Shown here one piece after another: positions 51,591-63,183 of a stretch of 64,000 nucleotides of DNA (the stretch's first letter is position 1; each line of letters opens with the position of its first letter). The position numbers and the translations under genes were made by a program. The notes beneath the pieces are model-generated. The model was given only the letters and a program-made list of their open reading frames with translations. It made no database searches and was not told the origin of the DNA. The DNA is from Mobula hypostoma (lineage: Eukaryota): NCBI RefSeq assembly GCF_963921235.1, contig NC_086100.1:201068001-201132000 (forward strand), written 5' to 3'.

Positions 51591-52487
51591 GTCTGTGCCC
51601 TCTGGTATCAGACCGTCCCCTGTTGGAAGTCTGTGCCCTCTGGTGTCAGACACTCCCCCTGTTGGAAGTCTGTGCCCTCTGGTGTCAGACACTCCCCCTG
51701 TTGGAAGTCTGTGCCCTCTGGTGTCAGACACTCCCCCTGTTGGAAGTCTGTGCCCTCTGGTGTCAGACACTCCCCCTGTTGGAAGTCTGTGCCCTCTGGT
51801 ATCAGACCGTCCCCCTGTTGGAAGTCTGTGCCCTCTGGTGTGAAACCCTCCCCCTGTTGGAAGTCTGTGCCCTCTGGTGTCAGACAGTCCCCCTGTTGGA
51901 AGTCTGCGCCCTCTGGTATCAGACTGTCCCCGTGTTGGAAGTCTGCGCCCTCTGGTATCAGACTGTCCCCGTGTTGGAAGTCTGCGCCCTCTGGTATCAG
52001 ACTGTCCCCGTGTTGGAAGTCTGCGCCCTCTGGTATCAGACCGTCCCCGTGTTGGAAGTCTGCGCCCTCTGGTATCAGACCGTCCCCGTGTTGGGAGTCT
52101 GCGCCCTCTGGTATCAGACCGTCCCCGTGTTGGGAGTCTGCGCCCTCTGGTATCAGACCCTCCCCGTGTTGGAAGTCTGCGCCCTCTGGTATCAGACCCT
52201 CCCCGTGTTGGAAGTCTGCGCCCTCTGGTATCAGACCCTCCCCCTGTTGGAAGTCTGCGCCCTCTGGTATCAGACCCTCCCCCTGTTGGAAGTCTGCGCC
52301 CTCTGGTATCAGACCCTCCCCGTGTTGGAAGTCTGCGCCCTCTGGTATCAGACCCTCCCCGTGTTGGAAGTCTGCGCCCTCTGGTATCAGACCCTCCCCC
52401 TGTTGGAAGTCTGCGCCCTCTGGTATCAGACCCTCCCCCTGTTGGAAGTCTGTGCCCTCTGGTATCAGACACTCCCTGTGTTGGAAG
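51590..52487. repeat. 39-bp minisatellite, about 23 copies, derived from a CR1 3' segment
   Basis: unit GGAAGTCTGCGCCCTCTGGTATCAGACCCTCCCCCTGTT; flanked upstream by minus-strand CR1 sequence. Confidence 0.95.
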
Positions 52488-52814
52488 GATCCACTCAGTG
52501 AGTACAGATGCCTTTGCCCATTAAACTAATTTTTCTCTGTTAATTTGGCAACAAATATGATTCCAAATATTGGGGATAATTCCTTCACTCTTCCACAGAG
52601 CAGAACAGCTAATTGCTTCATTTGCACTGGAGGGTGTAAAGAGAATTGGCAGCATGCTCAGACTGCACTGGAGAGATAGGCAGTGTGTTAAAGTAACTCG
52701 AGCAGAGAAACCTGCTGATATACAGGTACACTGATTGATGTGGGACTGGTACAGATAGGGAAAGAGCCTCCCCTACATTACCCTGTCCAAACCAGTTATC
52801 TTCCAAACATTATC

Positions 52815-53002
52815 CTAGCAGGAACTTCTTATCCAGCTGGAACTGGTTGTACATGAGGCATGGCCCCAGCATGTTCCAGTTATCCACCAAGCGGAACTCC
52901 AGCAGAAACTGGTTATACATGAGGTAGAAACCCAGCAGGATCCATTTATCCACCAAGCATAACCCCAGCAGGAACTGGTCCAATACAGGTCATGCTTCCC
53001 CA
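52815..53002. repeat. Short tandem repeat (~33-bp subunits alternating as a ~65-bp dimer) upstream of exon F
   Basis: CCAGCAGGAACTGGTTATACATGAGG... alternating with CCAGCAGGATCCATTTATCCACCAAGC... Confidence 0.7.
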
Positions 53003-53033
53003 GTCTCACGTCATTTTATCGTTGTGTCCTCAG

Positions 53034-53126
53034 GAATGTGAAGATCCCTGCTGTCAGCCATCGACTTGCAAATTCACAGCCCGTGCCGTGTGCTCGTCCA
53101 CTGGACCCTGTTGTAAGGACTGCAAA
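53034..53126 (+). CDS. adam15: ADAM15-like exon F, disintegrin ECEDPCCQPSTCKFTARAVCSSTGPCCKDCK
   Basis: gtcctcag|GAA...AAA|gtaagg; 93 nt, phase 0/0; C-x3-GPCC spacing as in human ADAM15 CASDGPCC (ADAM12 has CAHGLCC). Confidence 0.93.
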
Positions 53127-53227
53127 GTAAGGCTGCAAGAATTTATTGATGTTCCTTATTGTCACAGGTACTGAGGTGCAGTGAAAAACTTGTGTTGTGA
53201 GCCGTCCATAAAAATCATTCATTGTAT

Positions 53228-53830
53228 TCACAAAATGCTGCAGGAACTCAGCAGGTCAGTCACAATCTGGGTGAACAGGTGACATTTATGCTGAGGTCCT
53301 TCGTCAGGACGGGAAGTAAAGGGGGAAGAGGCCTCAGTAAAAAGATGGGCTGAGCAGATGGAGGCAAGCTGGAAGGTGATAGGTGAAGTCAGGTGGGTGG
53401 AAAAGGTCAAGGGCTGGAGGAGAAAGAACCTGATAGCAGAGAAGAGTAGACTGTGGGAGAAAGGGAAGGAGGAGGGTCACAGGGGGAATTTAACAGGCAG
53501 GTGAGCGGAAGTGAAAGGTCGGAGTGGGGAATAGAGGGGAGGGAATTTGCTCACTGCAAGTAGAAATCGATCTGCATACGATCAGGGTGGGGATAACCAG
53601 ACACAATTTAACATGCCGTTCCTCCACTCAGAGGGTGAAATCAATTTGTGGTGCAAGGGGAGGGAGGGCATGGCGGAATGAGAATGGGAAATGGAATTCA
53701 AATGTTTGGCCACCAGGAAGCCCCGATGGTATGGAGACGCTCGATGAAGTGGTTCCCTACTTTACAAGGAGTCTCACCAATGCAGGGAGACACATCGGGA
53801 GCACCGGACAAAGAGATGATCCCAGTAGAT
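53228..53830 (-). mobile_element. Old PLE fragment (GIY-YIG end + 3'UTR) with degenerate hammerhead near 53279-53310
   Basis: reverse complement GTC-CTGACGA-AGGACCTCAGCAT-AAATGTC. Confidence 0.7.
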
Positions 53831-53949
53831 TGGCAAGACATGTTGTAAATATGGGACCACTTCATCGAGGTCTGCTGGGGTCAGGTGGAGGTGTGAGGTG
53901 TCCGTACACTGTCAGACTGGTCACGTGGAGGTGTGAGATGTCTCTACAC

Positions 53950-55113
53950 CAGCAGTCCCCAACCACCGGGCTGCAAAGCATGTGCTACCGGGCCGCGAGG
54001 AAACCTTTCCTCATTCCCGGTCACGCCCACTGTTGAGCCATTACGCACGCGAGGTCATTACCCGCGCGTCATCCATGTCAACGCGGGAAGGAGATCAGCT
54101 CCTCGAGCTTGCAAATGACGATGGGCTGAAAAGTATGTTTGACATAACATCTCTGCCGGTATTCTGGATCAAAGTCAAGGCTAAATATCCTGAGATAGCC
54201 ACGAAAGCACTGAAAACGTTGCTTCCATTTCCAACATATCTCTGCAATGAATGCAAGGAAAACTAAATTGCGGAATAGACTGGACATAAGGAGCCCCCTT
54301 CGAGTATCGCTGTCTCCCATCACCCCTCGATAGGACCGTGTTGTTGCAGGGAAACAAGCCTAGGGCTCCCACTGATACAGCGATATTGGTGTGTTGCAAT
54401 GATTTTATATGTTCATATGGGGAAAATATGTGCTGTGTGTTTAATATCCAAACGTTACTTAAAATGTTATGTTGCTATTGACTTATAAGTGACTTACATA
54501 ACCATATAACAATTACAGCACGGAAACAGGCCATCTCAGCCCTTCTAGTCCGTGCCGAACACTTACTCTCACCTAGTCCCACCAACCCGCACTCAGCCCA
54601 TAACCCTCCATTCCTTTCCTGTCCATATACCTATCCAAGTTTTCTTTAAATGATAATATCGAACCTGCCTCTACCACTTCTACTGGAATTTTGTTCAACA
54701 CTTACTTCAAGCTCCCCTGTCTTCCCCTGATAATTGACTTAACACTATATTCATGCGAGGAAAATATGCGCTGTGTGTTTAATATTAAATTCGTTAGATA
54801 AACCCTTTTAGAAATGAAATTAAGTGTATTAGCCATTTATTACCTATATTTCGGTTGTGATTAACATCCGCCCCCTGAACAGAATGGCCAAAAATGCTTT
54901 GTAGAAAAAAATCGCCACGTACACGCATGCACACACAAGTGCCCGCGCAAGGCTTCATGGTCATTGTAGTCTTTCTCGGGGTAAGCTCAACATATTTGAC
55001 TGCTACTCTTGTCCGTTGGCAACCTTACCCCCTCCACTTCTGGGTCGGCCGGTCCGCAAGAATATTGTCAATATTAAACTGGTCCGCAGAGCGACAAAGG
55101 TTGGGGACTCCTG
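53950..55113 (+). mobile_element. hAT Charlie/Buster-type deletion derivative with transposase C-terminal remnant and an embedded CR1 tail (~54503-54695)
   Basis: perfect 8-bp TSD CTCTACAC at 53942-49 and 55114-21; 'FWIKVKAKYPEIATKALKTLLPFPTYLC' hAT dimerisation region. Confidence 0.92.
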
Positions 55114-55249
55114 CTCTACACTGTCAGACAGGTCACGTGGAGGTGTTCCCTGAAGAAACCATGCTGACTAAGGCCTATTCTATCATGTGCCTTCATGTAC
55201 CTTGAAGCCACGTCTTTAACAGTCAACTCTAACATCTACTGTACTCCGT

Positions 55250-58200
55250 GTGGCCAAGCTGACTTATCTACCATCAGACTTTCAGTTTCCAAACAGCCTT
55301 CTCCGTAGTAATGGCAACTTCGCACATTTCATGTCCCCTGATATCTGGAACTTTCACCCTACTACTGGCGTCTTCCATGAAGAAAACTGATGCAAAATAC
55401 CTATTCAGTTCGTCTACCATTTCCTGTCCCCCATTGCTTTTTTATTTTCTCCGTGACCTTATGCCCTCTCCTATGATTCCCCTTCTCCAGCCCTGTATCT
55501 CCTTCACCAATCAACTGCCCAGCTCTGTACTTCACCCCTCGCTCTCCCGGTTTCACCCACCACCTTCTGTTTCTCCTTCCCCACCCTCTACCTTTTCACT
55601 CTTACTCCTCACCTTACTCCTCATCTCTTTTTCTCTCATCCTGCTAAAGGGTATCGGCCCAAAACATTTCTTGCCCTTCAGATTCTTTTACCTTGAGCTC
55701 TCTTATCAATACTGGTTCATTGCACAACAGCCAATCCAAAATAGCCCTAGTGAACTCAACAACGAGCTGCTCTAAAAAGTCATCTAGAAATTCCCCTTCT
55801 TGGTACCCAGCTGCAACCTGATTTTCCCAGTCGACCAGCACATTAAAATCCCCCACGATTATTGAACATTGCCCTTTTGACATGTATTTCTGACTCCCAT
55901 TGTAATTTGCAGGATACATCATTACTACTGTTTGGGAGTCTGTATATAACTCCCATCATGGTCTTTTTACCTTTGCTGTTCCTTAGCTTTATTCAAAATT
56001 ATTTAAAACCTCCAACCCTATGTTACCTCCTTCTGCTGATTTAATTGCATGTTTTCCCATCAGAGTGTTTCCTTGGACGTTAAGCTCCCAGTTTATAATC
56101 TTCTTTCAGCTGCAACTCAGTGATGTCTGCATCATACATGCCAATCTTTAACTGTGCTACAAGTTCAACTACCTTGTTCTGTATACTGCACACATTCATA
56201 AGACCATAAGACATAGGAGCAGAATTAGGCCATTTGGCCCATCGAGCCTGCTCCTCCATTCGATCATGGCTCATCCTTTTTTTAATCTCCTCCTCAACCC
56301 CAGTTCCCGGCCTTCTCCCCATATCCTCTGATGCCATGTCCAATCAAGAACCTATCAATCTCTGCCTTAAATGCACATAGAAACATAGAAAACTTACAGC
56401 ACAATACAGTCCCTTCGGCCCACGATACTGTGCCAAACATGTACTTATTTTAGAAATTACCAAGGGTTACCCATAACCCTCTGTTTTTCTATCTTTCTAA
56501 GCTCCACACCCAATGACCTGGCCTCTACAGCTGCCTGTGGTAGCAAATTCCACAAATTCACCATCTTATGGCTGAAGAAAGTTCTCCTCATTTCTGTTTT
56601 AAATGGACATACCTCTATCCTGAGGCTGTGTTCTTTTGTCCTAGACTCCCCCACCATACGAAACATCCTTTCCACATCTACTGTCTAGGTCTCTCAACAT
56701 TCGAAAGGTTCATTGAGATCCCACTCACCCTTCTAAATTCCAGCAAGTACAGACCCAGAGCCATCAAATGTTCCTCGTAAAATAACCTTTTCATTCCCAG
56801 AATCATCCTTTTGAACCTCCTCTGCACCCTCTCCAATGATAGCACATCCTTTCTTAGATCAAGAAACCAAAACTGTTCACAATACTCAAGGTGAGGCCTC
56901 ACCAGTGCCTTATAAAGCCTCCACATCACATCCCTGCTCTTGTATTCTGGACCTCATGAAATGAATGCTAACATGGCATCTGCCTTCCTCACCACCGACT
57001 CAAGCTGCAAGTTAACCTTTAGCATTTTCCACACAAGTACTCCCAATTCTCTCTGCATCTCAGATTTTTGGATTTTCTCCCCGTTTAGAAAATAGTCCGC
57101 ACATTTATTTCTACTACCAAAGTGCATGACCATGCATTTTCCAACATTGTATTTTATTTACCACTTTCTTGTTCTTTCTCCTAAACTGTCTAAGTCTGTC
57201 TGCACCCTACCTGTTTCCTCAACAGTACCTGCCCCTCCACTAATCTTCGTATCATCAGCAAACTTGGCAACAAAGCCATCTATTCCATTATGTGAGTCAT
57301 TGATATACAGTATAAAAAGAAGCTGTCCTAACACCTGTAGCAGAGCACCACTAGTCACTGGCAGCCAACCAAACAAGGATCCTTTTATTCCCACTTGCTG
57401 CCTCCTACCAATCAGCCAATGCTCTGACTATCCCAGTAACTTTCCTGTAATACCATACAGGAACAGAAGAGATTCACTAGAATGATTCCAGAAGTGAGAG
57501 GGTTAACATATGAGGAATGTTTGTCCGCTCTTGGACTGTATTCCTTGGAGTTTAGAAGAATGAGGGGAGACCTCATAGAAACATTTCGAATGTTGAAAGG
57601 CATGGACAGAGTGGATGTGACAAAGTTGTTTCCCATGATGGGGGGAGTCTAGTACGAGAGGGCATGACTTCAGGATTGAAGGGCGCCCTTTCAGAACAGA
57701 AATGCGAAGAAATTCTTTTCGCAAGAGGGTGGTGAATCTATGGAATTTATTGCCATAGAGTGGGTGTATTTATTGGGTGTATTTAAGGCAGATATTGATA
57801 GGTATCTGAGTAGCCAGGGCATCAAAGGTTATGGTGAGAAGGCAGGGGAGTGGGACTAAATAGGAGAATGGATCAGCTCATAATAAAATGCCGGAGCAGA
57901 CTCGATGGGCTGAATGGCCGACTTCTGCTCCTTTGTCTTATGGTCTTATGATATTAAAAAAGTGGATGTGCTGGAGCTTTTGGAAAACATCAAGTTCGAT
58001 AAGTCGCTGGGAGTGGATGAGATGTACCCCAGGTTACTGTGGGAGGCGAGGGAGGAGATTGCTGAGCCTCTGGCAATGATCTTTGCATCATCAATTGGGA
58101 CAGGAGAGGTTCCGGAGGATTGGAGTGTTGTGGATGTTGTTCCCTTATTCAAGAAAGGCAGTGGAGATAGCCCAGGAAATTATAGACCAGTGAGTCTTAC

Positions 58201-61200
58201 TTCAGTGGTTGGTAAATTGATGGAGAAGATCCTGAGAGGCAGGATTATGAACATTTGGAGAGGTATAATATGATTAGTAGTAGTCAGAATGGCTTTGTCA
58301 AGGGCAGGTCATGCCTTACGAGTCTGATTGAATTTTTTAAGGATGTGACTAAATACATTGATGAAAGTAGAGCAGTAATGTAGTGAATATAGATTTCAGC
58401 AAGTCATTTGATAAGGTACCCCATGCAAGGCTTATTGAGAAAGTAAGGAGGCATGGGATCCAAGGGGACATTGATTTGTGGATCCAGAACTGGCTTGCCC
58501 ACAGAAGGCAAAGAGTGATTGCAGATGGGTCATATTCTGCATGGAGGGTTGGTCACCAGTGGAGTGCCTCAGGGATCTGTTCTGGGGCCCTTGCTCTTCG
58601 TGATTTTTATAAATGACCTGGATGAGGAAGTGGAGGGATGGGTTAGTTTGCTGATGACACAAAGGTTGGGGGTGTTGTGGGTAGTGTGGAGGGCTGTCAG
58701 AGGTTACAGAGGGACATTGATAGGATGCAAAACTGGGCTGAGAAGTGGCAGATGGAGTTCAACCCAGATAAGAGTGAAGTGGTTCATTTTGGTAGGTCAA
58801 ATATGATGGCAGAATATAGTATTAATGGTAAGACTCTTGGCAGTGTGGAGGATCAGAGGGATCTTGGGGTCCAAGTCCGTAGGACACTAAAAGCAGCTAC
58901 GCAGGTTGACTCTGTGGTTAAGAAGGCGTACGAAACTTAGGAGCCGAGAGGTAATGTTAAAGCTATATAGGACCCTGGTCAGACCACACTTGGAGTACTG
59001 TGCTCAGTTCTGGTCACCTCACTACAGGAAGGACATGGAAGCCATTGAAAGGTTGCAGAGGAGATTTACAAGGATGTCGCCTGGACTGGGGAGTATGCCT
59101 TATGAGAATAGGTTGAGTGAACTTGGCCTTTTCTCCTTGGAGCGACAGAGAATGAGAGGTGACCTGATAGAGGTGTATAAGATGATGAGAGGCATTGATC
59201 GTGTGGATAGTCCGAGGCTTTTTCCCTGGGCTGAAATGGCTGCCACAAGAGGGCACAGGTTTAAGGTGCTGGGGAGCAGGTACAGAAGAGATGTCAGGGG
59301 TAAGTTTTTTTACTCAGAGAGTGGTGACTGCATGGAATGGGCTGCCAGCAGTGGTGGTGGATGCGGATACGATAGGGTCTTTTAAGAGGCTTTTGGATAG
59401 GGACATGGAGCTTCGTAAAATTGAGTGCTATATGTAAGCCTAGTAATTTCTAAGGTAGAGACATGTTCTGCACAACTCTGTGGGCCAAAAGGCCTGTATT
59501 GTGCTGTAGGCTTTCTATGTTTCTGTATGCCAAATAACATGGTGTTTCTACCTTCATTGGTGTGTGGCACAGGCAGCAATCCAGAATTTACTACCCGGGA
59601 GGTCCTGCTTCTCCGCTTTCTACCTGCTCTCTAAATTCTCTCTTCAGGACCTCATCACTTTTCCTTCCTATGTTGTTGGCACCAATTTGTACCAAGACAT
59701 CTGGCTGCTCTCCCTCCCCCTCCAAAATGCTGTGGACATGAACTGAGACATCCATTCAAACAAAACACCTTCTGATCCACGGTCCATTCAAATACTACAC
59801 CTTGAGTCCTGTGTTCACTCTTATCGATTTTGTCTGCCTTTTAAGTTGCAGTCCATCCTGTTGACTACAATTTTGCCCTATCATCAGCCTCTCCTTGCTA
59901 AGAGTCTCACTACACATTGCCTTTGTTTGTAAACCAACTAACTCATCTTCAGCATGATCACTCCAGTTCCCATCCCTCTGCCAAATTAGTTTAAACCCTC
60001 CCAAACAACTTTAGCCAAGCTGCCTGCAAGGATATTGGATCTCTTGAGTTCAGGTGTAACATCCCTTTTGTAAAGATCGTACCTTCCCCAGTGGAGATCG
60101 CAGTGATCCATAAAGCTGAACCCCTATCCCCTACACCAGTTCCTCAGCCACGCTTTCATCTACTGAATCATCCTACTGCCAAATACCCTCGCTGGGTCAT
60201 GGCACAGGCAGCAGTCTTGTGATTACTACCCTGGCGCTTCTGCCAAGCTGTCTACGTAGTTCCTTAAAATTCTCCTCACCTTGTCGAGCTCTGTCATTGG
60301 TGACAATATGTACCAAGACTTCTGGATACTCACCCTCGCCCTTGAGAATGCCATGGACCTGATCTGAGACATCCCTAATCCTGGCACCAGGAAGGCAACA
60401 TCCTCATAACATCTGGGTGTCTCTATCGCACCCACAGAATCTCGTCTCTGTTCCTCTGATTATGGAATCTCCTATCACCACTGCAGTCCTCTTCACTCTC
60501 TTCTCTTCTGATCCTCAGCACCAGACTCGGTGCCGGAGACCCGGTCACTGTGGCTGCCCCCGGAAGGACAGCCCTCTCAATAGAATCTAAAGTGGTATAC
60601 TTATTACTGAGGGAATGGCCACAGGTGTACTCTACACTGGCTGTGTACTTCCCCTCCTTCCCCTGACTGTCACCCAGTTACCCATCTCCTGGTGACTACC
60701 TCCCTGTAGCTCCTGTCTACCACCTCCTCATTGTCCCGTATGTGTTGAAGGTTATCGAGCTGCAGCTCCATTTCCTTAATACATTCTCCCAGGAGCTGCA
60801 ACTCGGAGCACCTGATGCAGCTGTGTTTATCCAGGAGACTGCCGGTCTCCCAGACCTCCCACATCCCACACACAGGACAAAACACTGTCCCTGGAGCCAC
60901 TCTCATTGAACTGCTATGTTCACTTGACCAGATGGCGTTCAGCCCAGGGTTCCGAAGGAGGTAGAGATTGTGGAGGCTTTAGTAAAGGTCTTTCAAGAAT
61001 CAAGAAGTTCCACGTGTTAGGGGCATGAAGTGCGTGAAGTTACCATAACTGAGTGAAGGTTCTTGGGAAACTGAAAGGTCTGAAGGTAGATAAGTCACCT
61101 GGACCAGCTGGTTTACACCCCAGGGTTCTGAAAGAGATGGCTGAAGAAATCACGGAGGCATTAGTAATGACCTTTCAAGGATCACCAGATTCTGGAATGG

Positions 61201-62620
61201 TTCTGGAAGACTGAAAAATTGCAAATGTCACTTCACTCTTCAAGAAGGGGGAGAGGCAGAAGAAAGGAAACTATCGGCCGGTTAGTCTGACTTCAGTGGT
61301 TGGGAAGCTGTAGGATTCGATTATTAAGGATGAGGTGTCAGGGAACTTGAAGGCCCATGATAAAACAGGTTGTAGTCAGTATGGTTTCATCAAGGGAAAA
61401 CCTTTCATGACAAATCCATTGGAATTCTTTGAAGAAACAACAAGCAAGATAGACAAAGGAGAATCAGCTGACATAGTCTACTTGGATTTTCAGAATGCCT
61501 TTTACAAGGTACCACACATTGCACTGCCTAACACGCTATGAGCCCATGGTATTATAGGAAAGATTCCTGCATGGATAAAGCAGTGGCTGATTGGCAGGAG
61601 GCAAAGAGTGGGAATAAAGGCAGCCTTTTCTGATTGACTGCCAGTGACTAGTGGTCTGCGTTGGGACCAATTCTTCTAATGTTATATGTTAATGATTTGG
61701 ATGATGGAATTGATGGCTTTGTTGCAAAGTTTGCAGAGGGTATGAAGATAGGTGGAGGGGCAGGTAGTTTTGAAGAGGTAGGCTACAGAATGATATCTAG
61801 ATTGGGGAAATGGACAAAGAAATGACAAGTATAATTCAGTGTCAGGAAGTGTATGGTCATGCACTTTGGTAGAAGAAATGAAAGGGTTTATTTTCTTAAT
61901 AGAGAGAAAATTTTAAAAAACTGAGGTGCAAAGGGACTTATGCAGGATTCCTTGAAGGTTAATTTGCAAATTGAGTCTGTGGTGAGGAAGGCAAGTGCAA
62001 TATTAACATTCATTTCAATATAAAAACAAGGATGTAATGTTAAGGCTTTATAAATCACTGGTGAGGCCTCACTAGGAGTATTGTGAGCAGTTCTGGGCCC
62101 CTTATCTTGGAAAGGATGAGCTGAAACTGGAGAGGGTTCAAAGGAGGATCATGAAAATGATTCCAGGATTGAGTGGGTTGTCATATGAAGAGTATTTGTT
62201 GGAGCTGGGCCTGTATTCACCAGAATTCAGAAGAATGAGGGGTGACTTCATTGAAACCTATTGAATGTTGAAAGGCCTCAATAGAGTGGGTGTGGAGAGG
62301 ATGCTTCCTGTGGTGGGAGAGTCTAAGACCAGAGGACACAGCCTCAGAATAGAGGGGCGTCCTTTTAGAATGGAGATGAGGAATTTCTTTATCCAGAGAG
62401 TGGTGAATCTGTGGAATTCATTGCCACAGGCAGCTGAGGAGGCCAAATATTTATGTATATTTAAGGCTGAGTTTGATAGATTCTTGATTGGTCAGAGCAT
62501 GAAGGGATGAGGGGAGAAGGCAGGAGACTGGGGCTGAGGGGAAAACTGGATCAGTCATGATGAAGTGGCGGAGCAGACTCGATCGTTCAAATGGCCTAAT
62601 TCTGTTGTATCTTCTGGTCT
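55250..62620. mobile_element. Stack of CR1 LINE pieces (- 55250-57455; + 57455-59527; - ORF1 region 59530-60910; + 60940-62620), with a PLE 3'UTR remnant at ~55450-55670
   Basis: CR1 RT, endonuclease and ORF1 zinc-finger translations in the ORF track; octamer tails. Confidence 0.85.
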
Positions 62621-62629
62621 TACCTTACC

Positions 62630-62945
62630 AGAAGTGCCAAATTACAATAAGATATATTTTAAAAATTAAATAGATAAGTAGTACAAAAAGAGTAAAAATA
62701 CTGAGCTAGTGTTCGTGGTTCATTGTGCATTTAGAAATCTGATGGCAGAGGGGAAGAAGCTGGTTCTGGAACATTGCATGGGTGCTGTCAAGCTCCCGTA
62801 CCTCTGCCATGGTGAAGGCAATGAGAAGAGGTGATGGGGGTTCTGAACGGTGGATGCTGTCTTTTTGAGGCATCGCCTTTCGAAGGGGTCCTCTGCTGGA
62901 GAGGCTAGCGCCTAATGTGGAGCTGGCGGAGCTGGCCACGGTGTG
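62630..62945 (-). mobile_element. Rex-like LINE 3' fragment just upstream of exon G
   Basis: nucleotide similarity to 1-300 (GAAGAAGCTG.TTCTGGAAC...GCTCCCGTACCTC...GAGAAGAG). Confidence 0.65.
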
Positions 62946-62987
62946 ATAAGCAAGGCCATCTGGATCTCACTGCTGCTCTCTCCTCAG

Positions 62988-63183
62988 TTTCTGCCGGCAG
63001 GCACGGTCTGTAGACCAAAGCGGGGAGAATGCGACTTGCCAGAGTTCTGCACAGGCCAATCCCAGGACTGTCCCAACAATCACTACGTGAAAGACGGTCA
63101 GAAGTGCAGCAAAGGAGGACTCTACTGCAGCCATGGGACCTGCCAGTCTGCCAACCAGCAATGCCAGGACATCTGGGGTCCAG
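62988..63183 (+). CDS. adam15: ADAM15-like exon G, disintegrin loop and start of Cys-rich domain (CRPKRGECDLPEFCTG...QCQDIWGP)
   Basis: tctcctcag|TTT...CCA G|gtgagt; 196 nt, phase 0/1; CDLPEFC motif, compare human ADAM15 CRPTRGDCDLPEFC. Confidence 0.95.

Noticed and set aside
51571..52529. Long ORFs (215-298 aa) in several frames
   Set aside because: Artefact of a 39-bp (multiple of 3) minisatellite derived from CR1; no splice or domain support
54060..54375. Domesticated Buster/SCAND3-like gene
   Set aside because: Short frameshifted remnant inside TIRs and an 8-bp TSD
47015..55670. Active ribozymes at 47015, 50359, 53279 and 55641
   Set aside because: Core nucleotides are mutated or missing (CUGCUGA, GAAA lost, 5' half absent); counted only as relics
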